Of a DNA stretch of 64,000 bases, positions 51,279 through 60,200 are shown piece by piece. The position numbers and the translations under genes are program-made. This stretch comes from Dipteris shenzhenensis. Its lineage: Eukaryota. The DNA lies in NCBI GenBank assembly GCA_047967505.1, contig CM106538.1, one strand, 5' to 3'. A model generated the notes under the pieces. It had not been told where the DNA came from. It saw only the letters and a list, made by a program, of their open reading frames with translations, and made no database searches. The number at the start of each line of letters is the position of its first letter. The first letter of the stretch is position 1.

Positions 51279-54200
51279 AACCTGGAGGTGTTTCAGGGAG
51301 TATATTGTGGATTTGATGGGTGCGCCAGGCACTTTGTTACCAGCTGAAAGTGTGGGAGCAACAGGCCACTTGGATATTTTTGAGAATACTAGCTTGGTGG
51401 AAGAACTATTCTCTCAAATGGACAATGCACACAATTTATCAGGAAATCTGGTCAGGGAGAATGATGCTGGAGATAAGACAAATGAGAGTTTGGGTTCGCT
51501 TGTTAGGAGTTCCAAAAGTTCATCAGGCGCTCATAAAGGTTGTGCAAGGTTTGATGGGAGTGGTAGGGAAGGACCGGGAAGTGATCTGGATGGTATGGCA
51601 AGCAGACAACTTCAGCAAGGGCAATGGATGCAATCTCCCTCCTTGCAAGGAGCTGGTTCCCATCCATCACCATCAGAAGCCAAAGAGGATTCACAGTATT
51701 TTATTGGTGCTGCCAAAGAAAACCCTCAATTAGCACAGAAACTGCCTGCTGCTTCCTCTGAAAATGGTGTTGTTGCTCCTCAGGATCTTTTTACTGGGAT
51801 TTCCTTAGAACAATCTCAAGTCAACTCAACATTGTACCCACCAGGAGGGGGTGCCAAGGCAAAGGAACCCTCCATTCGAGTGCCAATCACTGCTGCAGAA
51901 GTAGCAACAGCTATTGTTTTAGGTGCATCGTCTGCTGTAAGGATATCCTCTCAGGGAAGATTTGCAGCCAATCCATCCTCTTCACAGGATAGAGATGGAG
52001 TGAATAGCAGATGTTACGATGTCCATTTGAGTGACAAAATTGCTAGGATTGGTGGTGGGAACACCCATGAGGAGTCGAGTTCAGTTGATCGATGCTACAT
52101 TGACCGTTGGGCTGAGCATATGAGTAACAAAGGTGATCCAGTACTAGAGAATGCTGCAGAATGGGAGATTCCATGGGAAGAAATAGTGATTGGTGAACGT
52201 ATTGGAATAGGTAATTCCTCTCTGATGGAGGGTGCTATGCTTTATCTTTGTCCCACAAACCATTAAAGAGAATGAGGTCTGTCGTATTGTAAGCTCTTGC
52301 TGCAAGCTGCACTAGTTTTTGCATGTTCTTGAGCTCATTCATTCTAGTGCTGTCATTGGTTTTCCCCCTTTTTCTTAATGTCGTGGGATTTGTTTGAACT
52401 TGTGGATATTCTCATTTTTCCACTGAGGCTTTATCTGCTTGATAACAGATGATGGCTCCTTACTTCTTCAAATGTGCCATTGCTTGTTTTCCTGACTGTT
52501 GTTTATTTAGAACTATGTTTTGGATCTGTGAAGGAATAAACTCATGCTCTGGCCTATTCATTTTCCTCGTGTCTTTCCGCTTACTATTTTTCTTTCTGAA
52601 ATTTTAAAGTTGTTTATTTATTGCAGATGGGTCCTTTTTAGGTCATTTTAGTTCTGGATGTTAGTTTATCGTACGTAATGCACTGGGACACATGCTGATT
52701 CATATGCTCATGCAAAGGTGCGGGTGCAATGGCAATTGTACTTGCAGTCTGAGCCATGTGCTCGTGCATATACATGTGAAGCGTGCTGCACATGTATGAA
52801 TCTATTTATTGTTTTAAATAGATTCACCAAATAGACACACTTTTGATTGTGACAGGTATGAATCTAGCATTAACTCAAATAACCATGGTCTTAGCTGCAG
52901 CTGCTGCAGCCATTGTCAGAGGCAAAATCACAGTGAAAACCTCATGAGAAGTAAAACCTGCAACTTAATTTCGGCATAACCTCTCCATATATGGTAGCAC
53001 AAAAGTCACACTATCTGAAACCTAGAAATCCATTGCAGGCTTGTTGTCCTCCAAGATGGTCATATGATTCCTGGTTGGAATTCTTAGCTTGAAGTTGTGC
53101 TGTAAGTGCTCACTGGCATATATTGATGAATATTTTTGATGTGGTTTCTTCTATTTGATGGTGATGTATAGAGTGGAATGGTGGCACTTTGTGGGAATAT
53201 GCTTTATATGACATATTTGTGTGCATGTATACATTTGCACTGTGTTGAGTTTATTCTAGAATGTATGGGGATGAGTAATTTTAACAAGACAGACAGTGTT
53301 TTCTTGTTTCTAAATAACAGCTTGATGAAAGGCCTAATAAATAAAAAAATTTTCATCTTACTCCTCATTTAACTTTTTTATATTGTTTTTCCATGTTATT
53401 TAGGTTCTTATGGAGAGGTTCATCATGGAGACTGGCATGGAAGGGTAAGTGTTGTGTTGGGTGTATTGAGTGTGGCCTGTTTACAATAATGTATTGACTT
53501 TGGAGAGGTTTTGGAAATTGGGAGCAGCTTATGTTTTGAATGTGACAGCTTATGTTCTTGACCCATTTCATCTATGGCGCACACCTATTTAGGTTCCAAT
53601 CCTCTGAAGAACTCGTCTTGCAATCAAGCTCCCACACTTTTTTTGGGGAGTTGTTTGTGGAGGGGGGTGTTTGCTCTGTAAATTTAGGCTCCCTCTCTAG
53701 ATTATATCTGCTCTTATCATGCAAAATTTATGTAAAATGAGGATTGCTCATGCATGTTTAGGATTCAAGTTTCACTGTTTCATCCTACAGTTAAGGTTTG
53801 AAGGTTGGGGTGATCAAGGCAAGATTTGGAGTTATATCATTGGAATTTATGTATACAGGAAGTTGCAGTCAAGAGATTCCTGGATCAAGACTTTTCTGGA
53901 GCGGCATTGGTCGAGTTCATCAGTGAGGTATGTCAAGTAGACTGGCTTTTTTTAATCATGCATTTTTGCAACATTTCTCTAAATGTAATTGAATACATGA
54001 AGTAAATGGAGCACCCACATGCTTTGACGTTGTGATGTTATCTTGTGTTGATTGCTGAACTCATTATTGAGAGTACACTCATAATCTAGAGGGTTGAATC
54101 TTTCTATACTTGCTGTTTGGGTGTTGGGCTAAACCTTACAGTTTAGGACATGTATTGTTTTTCAAACTGAGGGATTTTGCAGCTGCTCAGTTCTTCCCCC

Positions 54201-57200
54201 TGGTTTTTGCGGGGTATTATGTCAAAGGATTTCTTGAAATAGACAAAGCAACAGTAAATTGCTTTACTCTTGTTCTTGAATCCCTCTGTTGCAGCCATAG
54301 TTTTTTCCATACGTTACCATACGCATACGTCATACGAGTATGGAAGTATGATTGGAGTATGGTTCAGTCATACGTGACCCTAATTTTACTCAAAAACATT
54401 TAGAAAAATATACATTGTACTCATTACATTGACATAGAGCTACAAACTTTCAAATTGAAACTTCAGACTTCAAACTTGAATTAATATTAAAGTCATGATT
54501 CATGAAAGTTCAAAGAGTCCAGCCTCGGCCCTCCAGAGACCAGAGTCATCTGGAATCTGGATTCTGATACATAGTGTCAATGATAGATCAATACTACACC
54601 AAACATCAAGATCAAAGGTAGTAGGTAGTAGAAACTTGGAAGTAGGTACTACACCAAAAGATCATAGAAGAAAAGGCTGCCACAGCCCGGAAATAAAGCT
54701 GAAAATTGAATTGCATCACGATTCACAACCGATGAGGCTCAAGCCTCAAGCTGCAGCCTGCATCCTCATCCTGATCCGCATTCTCTTGCTCATCTTCATC
54801 CTCATCATCATATGCATCATTGCCATCCTCCTCCTCCTCCAAAGTCGGCCAACAGTGTATGGAGTATGGATTAGCAGCGTACGGATTAGAATAGTGCTTA
54901 AAAATGTGTTTTCCAAGTTTTTGGCCAAGCACAAAATCGATCCCCCCCCCCCCCAAAACCAAAAAAAAAAAAAACCCTCGTACAGATAGCCGTACAGATG
55001 GCATACGGAAAAACCATCTGTATGCGTACGGATGCAACTATGGTGGCAGCTCATATTGTGACCGAATGATTTGGGCCTGAAACCCTCTTGAAAATTGCTC
55101 TTTTTCCTTGCCCATTTGCTGATTTTCTGTTCAAGTATAGTACAATACAGTAAAATTGTTCTGTAATTGCTTGTTGCCCATTTTTTCCTCCTTTGTGGAT
55201 CATTAAAATTCTATTGAGCTGTACTCTGGGAAATCTCTCTTCCTAAGCTTTATTTATTTTCATGGTTAGAATCTCTTTTGTTTGGTGTCCTCCCATTTCC
55301 ATCATCTCCGCTATTAAGCCTTGCGAGCCTGGAGCCTTCCCGTTTGCTAATTTCTTCAACCCCTTCTCCACGTCTTTTCTGTCATGATACCCGCTGTGGC
55401 CTTGATGGAATGATGTTGGTTGATCATTTCTCCCTCTTCTCTATTACTGTCCCCTCGAAACCTCTTCCTCCTATGCATTTTTGTGTGTTCCATATTGAAC
55501 GTATTGGTCTCTGATATATCCTCTTCCATTGCTATGCCTTGTCTAGTGACCAGCGGCTCACATTCCGTGCTTTGATCCCGAGGGTCGTAAATCCGTATGC
55601 ATTGTTATCCCTCCCCTTTTCCCTTTTCTGTCATGAACTGGGCTTGACAGCTGCAGCTTGCCACATGGGCACAGGTAGGGGAACGGAATCGAGCTGCCAT
55701 GTGGGCAGCTGAAGGGCACACTGTACACTGTTATCCTTCTTGGATTAGATTTAGGGCAGCCTTTAAGGCCACTCTGTCCAGCATTTAGGGCTGGCCAAGG
55801 CCTTGGATTAGGGCCTGGAGAGGGCAGGAATAGGCGCCTATACAGGGCCTAATTATAGGCTGTACTGGCTGGCAGTGGAGCAGCAGGTACAGTCAGCTGT
55901 ACTGGTCAGTAGTACAGTGCAATAAAAGCAGAGACTGGGTCGGCCAATCTGTGGGTCTAGTTGGCTGCAGCAGCTGTCTGGTTGGCCAGACTGGGGGATC
56001 CCTAGCCATTAAAAGGCCCCTTTTTGGGGGGAAGGGTGTCAGTTCAGTGACTGAGCATTCCAGGGCTCGCCAGTGTGCAGCCCAACATATAGTTGGAGAG
56101 CAGCTACAAGTACACGAGTGCAGTAGCAGCAGGGCTCTCCTGCCCTCATATTGGGGACTCACAGGTGGCACATTTACTCTTATATTCCAACAATTCTTTG
56201 TCAATTTCACCATCTTTATCTGTTGGATAAATAGTGAAGTGCAGGCAAGTTTGAAATGTGAGTATGATGTAGGTTGTGAGATTTTGCGGGCAGGGTGGAT
56301 AGACTCTGGTTATTTTCATATCTTATTTAATATAGTCCGATGTCTTTTATATGCTAGACATTTTCCTCAAAGTGCCATTTTGCCCATAGTCTTTATATTT
56401 GGCTAGTGATAAAGGCTTGAATTGTTAAGTTCTATAAAGTCTCCAGAAAAGCTATAATACTTTTCTTGCAGGTTGCAATTATGCAGCGGATGCAACACCC
56501 CAATGTGGTTTTATTTATTGGTGCTGTTACAAGACCTCCAAATCTTTCCATTGTCACTGAGTACCTTCCTAGGTAATGTGGTTTCATTTTTTTGAGGGGA
56601 TGGACTTAGCAACTTTCCATTTTTCTTTGTACATAAAATTAACAATCAGAAACTGTGCCGTGATGGCTACCACAGGCCTCTGACATCTACAAGAAAATTT
56701 GGGCTCTTTGAAAAGACACTTCAGTTCGAGAAGTATTGTATGATGTTTAGTAATATCATGGTTGTAGCTATGTCATCAGGCAGAAAATAAAGTTGTCAAA
56801 ATTTCTTGTGCTGTTGTTATGATATTTCCTTCTTTATTTCCAAGGACTTCAATATGCAGCTAGTTCACATTGCTAAATCCTAAGAGAGTAGCTTCATTAG
56901 CCTTTTATCTCCAGTAGGGCCAGACAAAGGGACTCCCCTTAGCAGGATCTTATCATCAATCTGAAGATATTCATAGCATTTTGAGGCTTGCATCTTTTCT
57001 CCAAATAATTTCTGTTCAAGTCTGGTGATAAGAGTATTTAGTACCTTGATAGTTCTATTGCTCCAGTTAGCTTACTTTTCAAGCTATCTTTAATGGAGTT
57101 CCACGTCGTACCTTGAAATACTTGAATGCATGGAGGCCTTTTCTTCTCCTTTTCTTTTTCCCTAGAGAAATGTGCCCTTATATAAAAACTTGAAAACCAT

Positions 57201-60200
57201 ACAAAAGCTCAGCTACCCTTAAGGTGTCGACCGATAAATGTTCGCGGTCTTGCAGCCCACTTGTCGGGGTCTCAACTCACTGCGTAGGGTACCCTGGAAA
57301 AAGGTGTGGATACTCAAGTATGTGTGGGTGTGTGGATTTGTATGTGAGAGCATATTTTTATACTATGGTCTACACCCACTGTTGGGCGCTGATGACGATA
57401 GCTAGTCCCTGCTATGCATGATGGAGTTTATGGTTTTCAACCTTGTGAGTGACTACCATGCCCCCTTGTGAGTGACTACCATGAGATTGAAACTGCACTA
57501 TGTTGTGCTTTTAGAGGATGAGTTTGGGAATGTTCCTGATTCATCTAGGTATATACCCTGGAAAAAGGCGTGAACATCCAGTGTGAAGGACTATACAACC
57601 AGCAAATTCCTTGATCTCATGAAAATGTAAATGATGCCTACAGGCTAGGTATTGTAGAAACCCTCCAGCTTCTCATCGGTCTTTGTAGACCCCTTTGTGC
57701 TCTCCTCCGATGTGGCTTGCAAGAGATAGTTGATGTCACGTAGCCGTAGGTTGTCCTTCCATCACTAGGCTGCAACGTGCTACCTCCCAAACATTCCAGG
57801 CAGTAGTGCTTGCAATGGTCTCCCAGCCAGTCCTCCTACAAAAGCTCCAGCCATCGTTAGGTGGAGGCAATAAATCTTTGATATGTTTATTGATAACGGT
57901 CTCATGGTCTATTAGGTTGAAAGAATCTTTGTTGGCTAGGCTACCATGCCCCAAGTGAATGCTTGTTGAATCCTCTAGATCGATCCTAGCAACAATTATG
58001 AGGGAACATTGCGATATCCTTTGAAATGTATGATAATGAGCAAGTATCCTAGGTTCCCTTACCTTGCAGCATTGGTGTGTCTCGTCTTTCCTCATCTGCT
58101 TCATCGATGGGCCAATAGGAAGGCTTGTATGGGCCATAAGTATGATATTGTTCTCATGTAGAGGCTAGTCCAAAGGCGAGAACAAAGTTTGGTGAGGACC
58201 TCATGTGGCCTTTTGCCCTAGCCAGTGACGTTCTTGTAAAGGTCTCCAAGGTGAGGCATCCGGTTATAAAAGTTTACCCATACGGTGGTGCTAGAGAATA
58301 AAGGCTCCATAATAAAACACCTCAGGTTGACTGTCAGGTCTCTCTCTGCAAAACACCTCTAAGGCCTCCAAATGTCTCTGCAACCCCTCTGCTGAAGCTG
58401 ATATAAGGACTATATTGTCAGTGTGGTACATTATTTGTATTAGGAGGTTGCCCTAGTAATGATCCCTTCCCCCCTAGGCGATCTATGAAGGAAGTGATCT
58501 CATCAATGTAAAGGCCGAAGAGAGTTGTTGAGAGGGGGCAGCCCTGCTTCACCCCAATCGTGCTCTCGACCGAGTCCGATAGACCACATGGGGCACTGAC
58601 TCTATCTTTGACTGACTCATATAGGCTCATCACACCCTTGATCAGGGTCTTTGGTATCTGCATCTCCTGTAGTCTCCTGATCATTCAGGATCGTGGGATA
58701 GTGTCGAAAGTAACGAAACACGTGTAGACTTTATGGTGCTTGGACCTCGCCTCCTCAATGATGGCCCTCAGAGTGAAAATGTGATCTAGAGTAGAGTGCT
58801 GCCCCCTGAATCCTGCCTTGCTTGCTAAGTATGTCTTCCTTTTGTTTTTCAAAACGTTTTTGTTACCTCTTTTTTCTCTCTCTTTTATCTTCTGTGTAGA
58901 TATTTGGACTTTAGAACAACAAAAAATCTAAATCTGTATGATTGGATATATTCTAGTCTTACAAAGGTATATAAAACATTTATATGTAGATAAAGTACTA
59001 AATTGAAAATGACAAGGTGGAATGGATTGCTTTTTTAATGCCGGTTATAAAAAATTGCAGTATTCCGTTGACCAGTCTTTGATCGCAGCTCATGTTGGTT
59101 GCACAGAGGAAGTTTATTTAGAATATTACATCGGCCCAATTGTCAACTAGATGAGAGACGAAGACTAACGATGGCCCTTGATGTTGTGAGTATTGCATAT
59201 GTTGTTTCTTATTGCTTTTGGTTGTTACTAATTGCATGCCTTACGCACTTCAGTCGATGTGAGGGTTTTCAGTAGGGGGGTTTCCCTTGCAGGCTGAAGG
59301 CATGAACTACCTGCATACGAGCATGCCTATAATTGTTCATCGGGATCTGAAGTCTCCAAATCTTCTTGTCGACAAAAATTGGGTTGTGAAGGTGAGCTAT
59401 TCTCAGGATAAAGTTCGTGAAAGTTTCCATGCAATCCCTTAAGAAAATATGAAGCACCAATGACATTGTTTTTATCACTTGGCACATGTAAAGAGGGGAG
59501 GAATATCATTCCAGATTAAGAAAACTTTGTGATTTATGATCTAAAGTTAATAATGCCAAGTTGGGCACATGGCATCCATCTCTATGGACTGTGCAGAGTT
59601 GTGCCAAATAATGAAAACATCTTTGCTCTTTAGTGGCATCTTTGCTTTGACGGAGCCTCTCGTAATGGTTTCCCCGATCTTTTAGGTCTGATAGAGCCAT
59701 TGGGTCCTTCACAGACTTCCACAGAAATAGTATAATTCGGGGTGCTGGCTGATTGACAGAAGTAATGGAAGGCATGTTAGAATATTGCTTTAAAGTAAAG
59801 TCCCTTGACGTGGCCACCACATATCTTTCCCTTTAAATAGATGCTGGTTTTAGAAACAACATAGAATTCTCAACAATATATTTCTTTGTGCTGTCAGGGG
59901 TGTGTGCACATTCACTGCAGGGAAAAGCCTTGATTTATGCAATCTGCTCATGAAAGAGAACGAATAATCTGACATGCCTTTTCTTACAGGCATGCAGTGC
60001 CTATGCATGTGTGTTGTGCATGCGGACTGATTTGTGTGCCCGGATATATTTTACCTATGCTTCAGTTGGCTTGTCTTGTTGTATTAATTTATAATTTATC
60101 TGAGGTGCATAGTTTATTTGTATGCTCACTGCTTACATGTCCTCATTCACAGGCACATGATAGATGCACGTAATTCATAATTAATAATTTATTTGAGGCT

